A stretch of 64,000 nt of DNA from Lama glama (GCA_028534125.1 CM052832.1:20152001-20216000), one strand, 5' to 3'; positions 1-13,399 are shown, counted from the stretch's first letter. Numbers and translations: made by a program. The notes: generated by a model not told the origin, from the letters alone.

Positions 1-708
1 TTTCTGTTTGGTACTTTTAATAATTTCTCTTTGTTGAAACGCTAGCTTTGTTCACACGTTGTTCTCCTGACCTTGGTGAGCATTTTTGTAATCATTGCTT
101 TGAATCACGTATCTCCTTTTCATTAAGATCTATTTCTGGACTTTTAACTTGCTCTTTTGTTTGTAACATCTACTACTGTGTCTTCATTTTCCTTTACTCT
201 CTGTGTGGGTTTCTGCACATGAAATAAAACAGCCATACCTGACAGTCTTGACAGCACTCTCAAGTCTCATATAGAAGATAAACCCTAACACTGAGCCCAT
301 CCCAACCTCTTGGTCATCTCTCAAAGCTTTGATTATCTAAGCCTCCTTCTTTGTTCTTGGTGTCTCCAAGTATATGAGGGTGTGCCGTGACCTTTCAGTG
401 ACCCAGAGAGGAGATCTCAGCACCTTGATGCAGACTGATTAGAAGTTGGACATGCAGGCAGCATTTTTAAAGTACGCAAAGTGAACCTCTTTCAGGGACA
501 GACTTGGAGATAGCTGCTTCTGTCTGCTCTCTGCCCTGAACCATGTTTTGATGTGGATTATTTTTTCCCTCATTCATCTTATCTGGAGTCACTCAGCCAG
601 TTTCTGAATTTCTTTCAGAGGAAATTGATCTGTATGTAGCTATATATTCAGTTGGTCTGTGGGAGGATGTAAGTCCAGGATTCTCCTATGTCCCTATCTT
701 GAACCAGA
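1..708 (-). mobile_element. L1 5' end (5'UTR and start of ORF1 region) of an old L1M-type element, running off the window start
   Basis: The reverse complement of about 610-708 reads GGTTCAAGATAGGGACATAGGAGAATCCTGGACTTACATCCTCCCACAGACC...GCTACATACAGATCAATTTCCTCTGAAAGAAAT, which resembles the AAGATGGCG-type 5' terminus of eutherian L1s. The rest is T-rich antisense L1-like sequence. Confidence 0.75.
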
Positions 709-736
709 ATTTAGATGATTCAACTTAAAATAGGGA

Positions 737-924
737 AACAAATATATATATATATATGTATGTATAACTGAATCACTCTGCTGTACACCTGAAACTTTGT
801 AAATCAACTATACTTTAATTTAAAAAAAGTCATCTAACCTGTAAAAAAAAAAAAGAATATAAATAGATAAATACATAAACCAGTCCTCAAAATAAATAAA
901 TGTCAGTGGCCCCGAACAGGGGAA
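737..924 (+). mobile_element. Severely 5'-truncated artiodactyl-type L1 3' end with extra A-tailed segments, bounded by a 10-bp TSD
   Basis: GTATAACTGAATCACTCTGCTGTACACCTGAAAC...TTGTAAATCAACTATACTT plus an A tract. The exact repeat AAAATAGGGA lies at 727-736 and 925-934, and the first copy is preceded by TT (TT|AAAA endonuclease site). Confidence 0.8.
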
Positions 925-985
925 AAAATAGGGAGATTATTTTTGATTATCTAGATGGGCCCAGCGTAATCATAAGGATTTGTGT
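925..985 (+). mobile_element. MLT1 (MaLR LTR) fragment, host of the L1 insert above
   Basis: GGGAGATTATTTTTGATTATCTAGATGGGCCCAGCGTAATCATAAGG resembles the MLT1 motif GGGAGATTATCCTGGATTATCCGGGTGGGCCCAATGTAATCACAAGG. Confidence 0.6.
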
Positions 986-999
986 GGGTGGGGTGATGG

Positions 1000-1115
1000 A
1001 CGAGTCAAGCTGCTAGGGGGCTATAGGTAGCCCCTGACTGCTGAGGGTGATTCTCAGAAAGTGCAGCTGAGAGTGTTAGTAGCCAACACTCAAAACAGCT
1101 GAGAAGGGTGTACCC
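1000..1115 (-). mobile_element. ERVL LTR16-like fragment
   Basis: CAGCTGAGAGTGTTAGTAGCCAACACTCAAAACAGCTGAGAA resembles the reverse complement of part of the LTR at 46.7 kb. Confidence 0.4.
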
Positions 1116-1217
1116 CCACAATGGTGGGGCTGTCTAGGACAGTCCAGAATCCCCAGGGTCGTTTAAGAGGGGGCAGGCTAGAAATGTTAGGCTGGGGATG
1201 AACCTTCTGTCCACTGA

Positions 1218-1485
1218 TGGAACAAGTTTTGGAACTAATGTACAGAAGTGTGACTATAGTTAATAATACTGTACTGTATACTTGAAATTTGCTGAGAGTA
1301 GATATTCAGTGTTCTCATCACCAAAAAAGAAATGGTAACTATTTTTAGTTTTTAAAATTTGTTTTAACTAACTTGATTGTGGTAATCATCTTACAATGTG
1401 TACATGTATCAAATCATCGCACTGTATACTTTAAATGCATACAATTTTATTTGTTAATTATGCCCCAGTAAAGCTGGGGAAAATA
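1218..1485 (+). mobile_element. L1MA/L1MB-type 3' end
   Basis: GTGACTATAGTTAATAATACTGTACTGTATACTTGAAATTTGCTGAGAGTAGAT...TTGATTGTGGTAATCAT...AGTAAAGCTGGGGAAAA is typical L1M 3'UTR sequence. Confidence 0.85.
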
Positions 1486-1894
1486 CAAATAAATTAACTG
1501 AGCAATGCCATTGTTGATAAGAAAGAAATAAACCTTATATTTTAGTAAAGGTGTATAGCTTTATTTCTACACTAGGGAGATGACTCCTATTTTTTGTCTT
1601 TTGTGTGGAATGCAAACAATATTAATGTGGAAAAAAATAACCAACCAAACAAAAAACAATCATTTGAAAATTGTTCTCATAAAAATAGAATCTTTCTTCA
1701 AGTGCAAGCAAATTTTGGGTTTTATATTGATTTCAAACTGAAACACAATACAAGAAATATTAGTTGATATTGTGCCTTCTAAACATCAGTTTCTCTATTT
1801 TTAAACAAAGTTTAAGACTGAGAAGCTGTCTATTTTAACATGGGACAGTGAGAGAGAGGATGTATATTATCTACCATACAGTCCTGGTAATAGA

Positions 1895-2050
1895 GTTTTA
1901 ATACCCAGGTTCTTAGCTTAACCATGTGGCCTTGACATGTTGCTGTGCTGGGCATTTATCTCAGCTTTCTCTCTAGATAACTAAAGTTAATGGCAAAATC
2001 TACCCTTGTCCCTTCAGTGTTGTGATCAAATAAGGTAATTCATGGAGATT
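1895..2050 (+). mobile_element. MIR SINE, degraded
   Basis: CATGTGGCCTTGACATGTT...TCTCAGCTTTCTC...GTTGTGATCAAATAAGGTAAT follows the order of MIR core motifs. Confidence 0.5.
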
Positions 2051-4354
2051 ATATAACTATATACACAACTATGTTATTGGTGTTGTTAATATCATCATCA
2101 TCATCATCCAAGTAGGAAGTTAAATACTATTTCTAGTATCTGGAAAGGATATATATTGAGTTTTTGAATAGATATCAAGATACAAGTGGCAAAATCTTAT
2201 TCACCAGCCTGTGCAGTTCCTAAAGGGAAATTATTTGAGAGACAATATAGAATTTAAAACCTCTATGCTCAGCAATACTCTTTTGATTTAAGATGCTTAA
2301 CTGTGTTACTCTGTTAAACCTTTATAGTCTCACTTATGTCTGTCTTTATCACCTTGCTCCTAAGCTCATGTATTAGATTTGTTTGGTTGGTTTTTTATTT
2401 TTGACAACTCTAGAAGGAGGGTCAAAGATGAAGGGTATAATTCTGACTGCACTCCCCACTTTGCATGTTATACATCCAACATTTCCAAATCCCAAGTCAG
2501 AGGTGAACTAGAGATTTGTTTGGGTAACATAGATCTGTCAACTTCTTGAAAGTAGGTGCCATAACTCAAGCACCATTTAGATTAAGTTATGGGGAATCTT
2601 GGAGATTTTAAATTATTTGGCAATAGATTTGAATTAAACCCATCTATTTTTCACATTACGCCTTTTGAAAGGAAATAATTTCAGAAATACCATGTTTAAT
2701 TCTTTTTAAGCTAAATTGTAAATTAACCATCTAGGAATAAGATACTTCATTAATCCATAGTTGTAGATTATTATTACCTTAGTTGCTATTGTGGTTTCAT
2801 CTTCAAAAGGAAATAGAACAAAACTATATTTAATGTTAACCATGGCATGTGATATAATTGTGACTCTGAAAGCTTTTAGGTAAATGCTCCTTCTTAACAG
2901 ACGTGCATAACATTTTTTAAAACGTCACTGACCTAATGAAAGAGTTGATTCCCCTAAACAGCTTCCAAATTGAATATCTAATTTGGATTTAGTGCCTTTT
3001 TTTCCCCTGAAATAATGGATTCATTTACAGTTTTCTTCTGCAATGAAAATTTTTATGAATGGTTTAGCATTGATCTTTAGGATCTAATACAGGATCAGTC
3101 CTGTCCAAGGTCTGCAAATGTATGCAGGACTGTTTTTGTTCCATGAATCATCATACCACTATATACTTTCTATTCTATTTTATTTTGTTTGTAGCATATA
3201 GATTTTAAATTCATGAGTGATATAAAATCATATTCCTAGAAGAGAAATTTTTCTGTCTCTTGCTCATGCCTTGCCAGATTCCCACATTTCCCTGAATGTT
3301 ATATTACCTACTCGGTGCTAGTTTTGAGTGATTTGATAATAATAGAGTGTTATTCCTGATTGTAATTCATTTTGCTTGCGTATCAATCTTGCTGTATTTG
3401 AGTGTGTCCAAGGAATACTAATCACTGTTCTGTATGTCTTTAATCTCTGTCATAAGGAAGCATCTTTATTTGCATATGCATGATTTTCAATAGTATTTGC
3501 ATAAAGAGAAAGTCAGACACTTTGATTACTAGTAATCTTTTCACAGTTTATCAGGTTTTACACTTAGGAGTGATTTTTTTCCTCCCTTAATTATTTTTTC
3601 TTGCCAAGTTGAGTTTTTCTCTCATTTTTTATGCCCATTTTGGAGGATGTATTAATAATAGTTACTACTTAAGAAGGCAAAATAGTGAGAGAAACTCAGT
3701 CAAAATTTGCCGATTTGTTCATTAATAAACTTTTAATTTAGGAATAAACTTCAAAGAATTCTCAGTCTAGAGAGGTAAAAACTGAATTCTTTACCCTTTT
3801 AACTGTAATATTTTTCTCATCTCCATTCCTAGATCATAAAAAATAAACTGTCAGAAATCTGATGCTTAACATTCAGTACATACAGTTTTTCAAACCTTGC
3901 TTAATGAAGAAATGGAACAAAGTTTTTTAAAAAAAAAACAAGCTACAAAACAAGTTACATTTTTAGAAAAATTCTGATTGAGTAGCAAGTCTGCATTCTG
4001 TCCCTCTTCGATTCTCTCAGAATTAACCTTATTCTGATATGTGTGAAAAGTTGCAATCACTTCATGTCTATGAAAAATGCTGTGAAACTTCTGCGTTCTA
4101 AGGCATGAAACAGTCTAAACCAAACTGTGGCTGAATTTTATTAAGGTTTTTAGCTCTCGTTATCAATCTCTACCACAGTGATGTCTTTTGAATATCATAC
4201 GGCTGGAAATCTACCTGCTATTTAATTTTTCTCCTTATCACACTAAATCTCGAGATTATATGCTAGCTGTCTTTCCATCTATTTTAATCTAGCCAATAAA
4301 GTTCTGTGATCATCAGCACTATCCTTTCTCCATTTTGGTGATGGTTGTGTATCA

Positions 4355-4690
4355 GATTTTCATTTATTTTCTTTTGTGTGTATATTTATTGAAGTATGGT
4401 CAGTTTACAATGTTGTGCCAATTTCTAGTGTGCAGAATAGTGCTTCAGTCATACATGGACATACATTCATTTTCATATTGTTTTTCACCAAAGTTATTAC
4501 AAGATATTGAATACAGTTCCCTGTGCTATACAGTAGGGATTTGTTGTTTACCTGTTTTATACATATTAGTTAATATCTGCAAATCTGAAACTCTCAATTA
4601 ATCCCTTCCCATCCCCTTCCCCTCTTAGTAACCATAAGTTTGTTTTCTATGTCTGTAAGTCTGTTCCTGGTTTTGTAAATAAGTTCTTCA
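4355..4690 (-). mobile_element. Artiodactyl/camelid-type L1 3' end
   Basis: TTTATTGAAGTATGGTCAGTTTACAATGTTGTG...ACAAGATATTGAATACAGTTCCCTGTGCTATACAGTAGG...GTAACCATAAGTTTGTTTTCTATGTCTG. Homologous to the elements at 0.76 kb and 45.9 kb. Confidence 0.9.
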
Positions 4691-5047
4691 TAGTTAATGA
4701 CTTTGTTTAAATAGATTGCAAACTCATTTTCGGTTTAATAGGATGTTGGCAACAATAAGATGCAGAAGGATTGAGGCAACTAAATGAGTAACACAGCCTA
4801 CTAACACATGTAAACTACAGAGTTTGCCACTTTTTATTTTCCAAAATAACTTGGTTTTGCCTCCCTCCCATTTTGTTGTCTATCATACGGTGTAGACACA
4901 TTTCAGACTTGTGGAAGTGTGGAGGTTCTACCACTATTTTATATTTCAAGAAACCATTATCACAGCAGCATTACTCTGAAGTCCCAAAGTCAATATTTGT
5001 GAAATGTTTTGCATTATCTTAGAAGTGTGAGAGAACAAGTTGAATAC

Positions 5048-5140
5048 AGTGATTATCTCTATTTTGCACATGAACAAACTTAAGACTTGTGAAGGTTAAA
5101 TAGCTTGCCCACGGTAAGACACCTGGGAAGCCAGGTCCTG
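5048..5140 (-). mobile_element. MIR core fragment
   Basis: ATTATCTCTATTTTGCACATGAACAAACTTAAGACTTGTGAAGGTTAAATAGCTTGCCCACGGT is an antisense MIR core. Confidence 0.7.
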
Positions 5141-5239
5141 TAGCAAACCAGCCACATTCCGAATCTCACGTTTTCCATTTTATCCGTAAAGGTGCCATTC
5201 TGGCCCGCCTTAAATGGAATAGAATGATAATAACGTGTA

Positions 5240-5425
5240 ACATTTTCTTATTTAATCCTGTTAACTCTGTTAAATGGACAGGGAAAATATTATTAGTCTC
5301 TTCTTACATATCACGATTTTGTGTTTAGAAAATTTGTGAGTAGATCAAGGCCACAAAGTTGGTAGAATGGAGACCAGAATCTGGGTCCCCCGAGCAGAAA
5401 TCCAGTGTCCAGAGTGTTTTCCATA
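5240..5425 (-). mobile_element. MIR SINE
   Basis: TTATTTAATCCT...ATTATTAGTCTC...CAAGGCCACAAAGTTGGTAG...AGACCAGAATCTGGGTCCCC...TCCAGTG follows the antisense MIR layout. Confidence 0.6.
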
Positions 5426-7085
5426 GTTTTCCTGTGACATCACTGTTTCCATGCCCTGCATTTGACTTGGCACATGTTTTCAAAGTGTGATTATCATAGG
5501 ATGTGTTAATATCACAAAGAATTTGCTACAATCACCTATGGGAAAAAATGAATTGAGTCTCTTATTCTGAATTGCAGGACAGTTATTTTTCAAAAATGTA
5601 TTACAAAATGACAAAATCAATATTGGGGAATATATGTTGCTATTTAGTTTGATGCATTTTGAAATTCTTAGATTTTTCCAAGTTTCAGATGTTCTTAAAT
5701 CACACATAAGGGGCTCATATAATTTATCGTCCAAACCAGAACTATTAATAATTCTGCCAGGACAGGCAAACTGGGATCTATTCCATTCTAATTGTAAGGG
5801 GCATTGACAACATTCTTTGTTTTTTTTTTTTTCCCCTGGAAATAATTGTCTGTCTTTAGGTCCTTATGTGTTTATCTATAAAAACTCATCATATTATCTG
5901 GGATTGGTTCTGTTATACTTTCTGCCTTTGAGGTGCCTATGATTCTGTGTAACTCATTGCAGACTGGTGGTAATGAGTATATATAACAGTTTTTTAAAAG
6001 TTGGTATTTTATAAGTGTAGACAGTTCTAATGGAAACTTATGTAGTCTTATGAATAGATGTAAATTGTAATTTGGGAACATAAAAATTACTGAACAAATC
6101 TTGTGGCCTAATACTGGAAAAAAAAAAGTCCCATTTTTTTTTTCTTTGAGATGAAATTGTATAATTCCTGAATCTACATGGCTGAATACAGTAGAGTGGG
6201 ATAATTTGTGAGGGGATGAGAAGCAAATTGATCTGAATTTTGAAACAACACATTTAAAAATATTTTATATGTGTATCAAAGGTTTCAGCTTGCAATGAAT
6301 TTAACTGCTCTGTGTTGGGATTGAAAGGAATGAAAAACATCCAAGATTCTCTTATATGGTGGCTACCTGGAAAATTGTATCGCAGTAACCTGTCATTACC
6401 CACATATCTTCTTTTCATTTAGCATAGAAAGACATGTAGGAAATAAAGAACATTCTCCTGGAAGATCAAGTCCTTTGGCTTCTATCTCATAAACACTTGA
6501 AAGTGTGCAAGAATCAAAATCTGATTAAAAAATCAAATTAATTTTACTAAACACGACTTATCAACTATGCTGAAAGTGTGACATGCTCTCAGGTGTTCTT
6601 AATGGGAAGGATTAATAAACTTTCTTGTATTCTGTTTCCAAGGGAGAAAAACACACATAACTAAACAATTATACATGCAAGTCTCTTCACCTGTGCCCTG
6701 TGCATCTGTCATGATCGTCTATCAATGCAGTGAATTTGTCTTTCAAGAAATATATTTTGGGCACCTGCTGTGTCAGAAGTACAAACTTAACGCTGCAAAG
6801 CTTACATTACAGACCTTATATTAGTAATCAACCAACAAGTAAACACCAAATTGTGGAATCTGGGTGAGATAATAGAGAATGAAGGGGAGGCACTAACTTA
6901 AACCTGAGGGAGGGGTCAGATGCCAGTATGAATAGAGTTTTCTGGTTTTTAAGCCAGAAAAAGCTTGGAGGCCAGTAAGACAATCAACTTTTTGCATCAC
7001 AAATGTCATGTCTCAGTATAAAGAAGCCAAAACTGTTGTTTTCATCTATAAATAAGTTTTTTTGTTTTTAATATACCCTAGGCAA

Positions 7086-7391
7086 GTTTCAGTTACGCAG
7101 GATGAACAAGTTCTAGGGGTCGTCTGTATAACATAGTGCCTGTAGTTAACGATTCAGTATCATACACTTAAAAATACTTTAGCGGGTAGATCTCATGTTA
7201 AGTGTTCTTAACATGCACACTCATATACAACGGTGGGGAACTTTTAGGGGTGGTGGATGTGTTTATTACCTTGATTGCTGTGATAGTTTCACAGATGAAT
7301 GCATCTCTCTAAACTCATCAAATTGTGTACATTAAATATGTCCAGATTTTTTTGTATATCTATTATGCCTAAATAAAGCTGTTAAAAAATT
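7086..7391 (+). mobile_element. L1MB-type 3' end with a surviving TSD
   Basis: GTTTCAGTTACGCAGGATGAACAAGTTCTAG...GGTAGATCTCATGTTAAGTGTTCTT...AAACTCATCAAATTGTGTACATTAAATATGT...AATAAAGCTGTTAAAAAA, flanked by CCTAGGCAA at 7077-7085 and 7392-7400. Confidence 0.88.
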
Positions 7392-8069
7392 CCTAGGCAA
7401 TTGGAAAAGAGAATCCGAAATGTATACTGTCCAGAAATACTTATAGTACTCTGCCAACTCTTGGTCCTCAATGATTGTAATACTTTTATACTCTGTGTGT
7501 GTGCATGTGTGTGTGAGTGATGTTGCACTGAACCTGTAAAGATTCAGTGCTGGGCAGATGATTTTAACTGTAATTCTCAAGACAAGAAAAGGCGTGGGCA
7601 AGGGGTATAAAATAGCAAGTTATCATTCCCTTTTACTTTGATTGTATTTACCTCCTGACTGATTGAGAGCCTATGAATTTGAAAAGTACACTTGCAGAAA
7701 TTTTAGATGTTTCTGCAGAATGCAAAATGCTGTTAGAATTCAGTCTTCCCTACCTCTCCCTGTAGGAAATTGACTGCTTAGAGTTCTTAAATGAGGACAG
7801 CAAATTGGTGGTGGAGGAATATAAATATTCACACATTAATGTCATCTAAGAGTTACTTTTACTCTAAGCTAAATAATTTGAGACTATAACTTAATTTTTT
7901 TTTAATTTGTCATTTTGTTGAAAAATACATCAGTAGTCTCCGGGAGCAGGTTTTAGTTGTCTGTGGGTTCGAATTTTGTTACAACTGTTTAGAGCACCAG
8001 GGACAAGTTCTCTAAGTTTCCTGATAATGAGGATAAACAAGACAAAGGGTAGATGTGCTAAAGATGCCT

Positions 8070-8293
8070 CAGTGCACTGAATGATGTCCCCCCCAAACTC
8101 ATGTATTGAATCCCTAGGCCCTGGTATGATGGTATTTGGAGAAAGGGCCTTTGGGGAGGTAATTAGAGTTAGAAGAGGTCATGGGGTAGAGCCCTGGTCC
8201 AGTAGGAATAGTGCTTTTATGCGAAGAGACCCCAGAGAGCTTGCTCGCTCTTTTTGTGCACTTGAACCCAGGAAAAGATTCAGCTGCATGTGA
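8070..8293 (+). mobile_element. MLT1A-like MaLR LTR, 5' part
   Basis: CTGAATGATGTCCCCCCAAACTCATGTATTGAATCCCTA...GATGGTATTTGGAG...GGGCCTTTGGGGAGGTAATTAG. Homologous to the LTR at 47493-47825. Confidence 0.85.
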
Positions 8294-8621
8294 AAAATAT
8301 TGATTCAGACGTTGAAAGAAATATATTTTATTCAGTTTACTAGGAAGGGATGTTTTTATTTTTGTTGCTTGTTCAATTTTATGGTGGAAGAGGATATATG
8401 TTGATGGAGGAATGATCATAATCTAGGGACACAAGGACGTGTTTGTGGGACGTAGAAATGGAATGGGATGTAAATACGTACAACTCCCCTAGGTTGCCAC
8501 ACAAAGCCAGATCTGTATGCTGTTGTCTGCTGCAGAATGGGAAAAAAAAAATAAGACTAACATCAGTCATTTTGTATCTCCACTGCATTCAACAATTCTT
8601 TTTTTATGTATGTAGATTTGT

Positions 8622-8822
8622 CATTTTTTTAATTGAAGTATCCTTTACTTACAACATTACATTAGTTTCGGGTGGACAACATAGTGACTGGATATTTTTA
8701 TTGGTCATACTCCATTTAAAGTTATTTTGAAATATTGGCTATATTCCCTGCACTGTACCTTACGTCCTTGTATCTTATTTTACATATACCTAGTAGTCTA
8801 TACCTCTTAAACCATCCCACCA
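8622..8822 (-). mobile_element. Laurasiatherian-type L1 3' end
   Basis: A T tract followed by AATTGAAGTAT...TACAACATTACATTAGTTTCGGGTGGACAACATAGTGA...ATATTGGCTATATTCCCTG. Confidence 0.8.
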
Positions 8823-9864
8823 CTTGGCTCTGGGGGAATCGGTAAATGTTCCCTAAACCAACTCTACTATTTCATCACCATGCCTTCCCCACTTCTGTTC
8901 ATCCTCTTGAGTCCAAAGGTTTGAAGTAAAATAAGGAAAAATTGGGAGAACAGTGAGGGGATGAACTGAATCACGGACCAGGCGTGGGCTGCTGTAAGGT
9001 GAAGAGTGGAGACCAAGGCTTTTTTGTGCAGTTGTCCTTTCTGTGAGAACTTCCTGCCTGCTGCGAGAAACAGAGAGGAAATAGTGGGGCCCCTGGTATT
9101 CTCAGAAAGCCTCCAGGCAGATTGGGAGGAAAATATCATTTCCAGATACCTTGCAGCAAGAAACAGTAGTCAGATTAATTTTGTTTGGAGAAAATTGAAC
9201 AGAATAAAAACTCATTTGTTTACTTTAGAGATATGTTACCATTTGATTATATTTAGTACAAACATGGACTGTTAGCAGTTTACAGAACTGATCTATTACT
9301 GTAGCAGTAGGAGAGCTTTAAATGAGCCTACTAAAAGCCATTACTAAATGAAATACTTTGCAAATGAGCAGGAAATCTGTATTCCCTCTAATCCTGAGGA
9401 AAGGTGGTTACACACAGGGCATGTTACTGGTGGTGATGGATTACTGCATGTAAACAAGGAGCACTTGTAAGCAAAGAGCTTTCAAAGTGATGCTGGCCGG
9501 CATTTCCAGGAGCCTACCTGGTCAGCCCCTTCACACTGCCCTTTCTAGGACAGGGGTCCAGTTTATTTTCTCTCCATTGGCTTCCTCCATATCTCAGTCT
9601 TTTTATCACCAGTCCTTCAGCCCCAGAAACACACAGACACGTACACGTACACCCCTTACCTGAATTTCAAATAGAGACCTCTCATTAAAATTTATGTACC
9701 TTTAAAACAAGTAGTTCTTGAGGCTATTCTAAGTTATTGATCTCTGGAGAGAGCCTTCAGGTTTGGGATCTGCTGTGTAGAAATTATCTTTTCTTTATTC
9801 TTTGTATGATTGTGTTGCTAATTGATACTTTATGATATTTTTTTCTACAGTTTTGGAACTGTAT

Positions 9865-11545
9865 AATTTTGAATCAGTATTACTGAACAATGATTCGTAT
9901 ATAATAAAAGTCACCAATTTTAAGGGTACATTTAGCTGAGTTTGGACAAATGCATATGATCAAGTACCCAACAACACGAGAATAATGATATGGAACATTT
10001 CCATCACCCCAAAAGGTATCCTGTGCCCCTTTGGAGTCAATTTGCTACTCCCACCTTCAGCCACTTGCAAACAAATCTACTTTCTGTCAGTATAGCTTTT
10101 CAATTTCTGCAATTTTATTCAGTAGTATCATTGTGTAATCAGGTATGTCGGGCTCCTTTGAGCATAATGCCTTTGACATGCATCCATTCAGTCGCATACA
10201 GTCAGTAGCTTGTCCCTTTGTATTGCTAAATAGTATCTCATTATTTGTACATACCTTACTTTATTTGTCCATTCACCAGTTGATAGCCATTTGAGTTGTT
10301 TCCACTTTTTGGCTATTATGAAGAAAGTTGCTATGAAAATTAGATTGCAAGTCTTCATGTAAATATGTTTCATTTCTCTCTAAGAGTGGGATTGTTGGGT
10401 CCTATGGTGTGTGTATAACTTTATAAGAAACGACCAAAGTGTTTTTCAAAGTGATTTGTATGTTTCATATTTCTGCCAACAAGAGACAGTGGTTCTAATT
10501 GCTCTATAATTCTGGATGTAGTCAGGCTTTTTAATTTTATTTATTCTAACAGGTCTGTAGTGGTATCTTACTGTAGTTTTAATTCACTTTTTCCTAATGG
10601 GTAATGATGCTGCACATCTTTTCGTGTACTCATTGGCAATGCTGTGTCTTTTGAGGGAGGGAGAATGTCTATTCAAATCTTTGTTTCATTTTAGAAACTG
10701 TTTCTTTTTCTTACTGATTTGTAAGTGCTCTTTACATGTTTTGGAAATGAGTCCTTTATCAGATACGTTTTGCCAATATTTTCTCCCACTCTGCAGCTTG
10801 TCTGTTTATAGTCTTAATAGTTTTAATTTCAGTAAAGTCCAGTTTATCAGTTTTTTTCTTTTGTGGTTAGCATTCTCTCTGTCCTAATTAATATTACTCT
10901 TAAGTTTGCAAAGATTTTTCTTCTAAGTTAATGTTTATAAGTTTTATAGTTTTGGCTCTTACGTTAACTCTATGATCCAATTAGAAGTAATGTGTACATG
11001 TTTGAAGTAAGGTTTGACTTTGTTTTGTTTTTTAATTTTTTTTCCTTTGGATGTCCACTTATTTTAGCACTATGTGTTGGAAAGACTATATGCTCCCTAT
11101 TAAATTACTTCAGAATTTTGTTGAATATTAATTACTGCATATGTGTGAGTCTCTTTCTAAACTCTATTCTGCTCCATTAATCATTATTTCTTTATTTCTA
11201 TACTCAAACCAACACCACACACTCATGATAATTGTATCAATATAATCAGTATTGCAATCAGGTAGTTCGTCCAACTCTGTTCTTAATCAGAATTCCTTTA
11301 ATTTTCCCATAAATTTTAGAATAAGTTTATCAATTTCTACCAAAAAAAAAAGGCAGCCAATATTTTGATTGGAATTGCAATGAATCTATAGATCAATTTA
11401 AAGAATTTGTGTTGCATCAGTATTTAGCATTTTGATCCATGAATATGGTATATTTCTACATTTATTTGTCTTCTTGATTTTTATCAGCAATGTTTTGTGG
11501 GTTTTACAGACCTTGAATTTACTTAAAATATGTACCACCAAGTAT
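9865..11545 (-). mobile_element. Old L1ME/MD-type element, 3'UTR plus 3' half of ORF2 (decayed)
   Basis: GAACATTTCCATCACCCCAAAAG and CCATTCACCAGTTGATAGCCATTTGAGTTGTTTCC motifs. The minus-strand ORF 10188-10373 (FIATFFIIAKKWKQLKWLSTGEWTNK) matches the L1 ORF2 C-terminal motif FIAALFTIAKxWxQPKCPS. Confidence 0.92.
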
Positions 11546-13399
11546 TTCAAATCAAGATATGTGTGTCAGAGAAACAGCAATTCAAAATCTCTGAAGCCAT
11601 GTGAAGCTTGGAGGTGAATCTCAGCATCCCCAGATGCCCATGGACTGCTTGTGGGCACAGGGTTACGTGCAGAGCTCGGCGTCTTAAGTCTCTCCCCATG
11701 CAGGGCGTGAGGATTACGTAAGCATTCAGGTGTTTCATGCACCACGGGCTGTACGTACAACAGAGGAAGATTATTTTTGCAAGATAGCAGCCTATATTAT
11801 GGTACACATGCGTTTATATTGTTTTTGGCATCCAGGGGCCCTTTTTACTAGATTTTGTCAACCATGTTTCCTTTCTGAACAGAGGCTACATGCAACAATT
11901 GGATGAACAATTTTGCAAAATCTCTCAGGGGGCCTCTCTTGAGGCTGAGCCCATATGAGATCACAATATGAGAATATGGCTTGGCTGGATTTTTATTTCA
12001 GTAAGTGATCTCATTCACTTAAAGCACTAATCATTTTAACAGGAGAAAAGTACAGCCTTCCAAAATCACAGCAGGAAAAAATAAGAGAAAAAAACCTGTC
12101 AGAGTGATCTTGTGGAGGTTCCCATGTGCTTTTGCACTGAAAATTTTCCATTTATACATCATCAGAATGGATATACAGTCTGATATTACTGGTGAAAGAT
12201 ATATGAGAAAAGTCAACCTAATGCAAACAAATGGGATTCCAGGCTGCAAAGCTGACTTACCTGGTTTGGGTTTATTAAATTTGACACGAAGAAAACCACT
12301 TTCCCCCTTTGGCAGTCTTTCCATCATAAGACACGTAACATCTGCATGAACATAATTTGCAGATGAGAGAGATTGTAATATGCTTTTAGCAGGTTTGATA
12401 CTAGTTACCGGGTCTAGTTAATTACAGTATCTGGATGAAAACTGGAAATTTAAACATGGCTGTTCTTACCAGGCATCCTGATTTTACTTCATTTCTATAT
12501 TCAGATTTGCTAAGTAGAGTTCTTTTATTTATATTCTCCATCTTCTCAACTTTGTATCTGTTCCTTTGCTTATTTCCAATCAGCCATGGTGAAAAGTTTT
12601 GCTCTGTAGATGCAGCAAAGCACTTTAAAACATTTCACAGTGTATGGAGTAAGATTACTTCCAGCTAAACCTAACAAGTCTGGAAAGCACATCAAACCCA
12701 GAAATAAAGTTGGCCTAATTCTGTTCTCCATCAGTAAATGTGTCAGGAAGAGATTCAATAAGTTCATGGAATGGTTGTATTTTAAACAAAAATCTGCATC
12801 TACTGGGGGAAAAAAAGAGTGATGATCAGCATTTCTATAATTGCATATGCAGCAATCATAACACATTGTGTGACATGTCAGTTAATACAAAACTGGGGAC
12901 TGTTACTGGAGACGCTCATGATCAGTGGCCCCTGTGGGTTTATAAAGCTTAGATTAATGGTGAGCTTCTCTCAGCTTCTATGACTAGGCCTCTGACCATT
13001 CGATCTCCACCTTCACTCTCCAGCACACACACTGCCTTGGAGGGAGTTTCTCTGTAGGAACCTCTCACCCAGAGCCTGTCATCAGAGCCAAAGCAATCAA
13101 CTCAAGTCAGAATTTCCTCACTGAGTATCCCTCCCTTCAGAATTATAGTTACCCAAGCCATGGCCAGTCTTTCCCAAATGAACAGGAAACTGTGATGGCA
13201 AATCTCGGGAGTTTGCGGCCAGTTTAGTCTGCCACGACTGGAGTCTGTTATCCTTGCTTGTTGCTCAAGATCTGAGCCTTTCTACTCATCCAAATTCTAG
13301 ATTCTGATCCATGGAACTGCTTCAGGCTCCTTTTTCCTTGATCTGCCCTCACTGCTCAGTATTCACTGTCTGTGTCCCCTTGGGTGACCCTGATTCACA

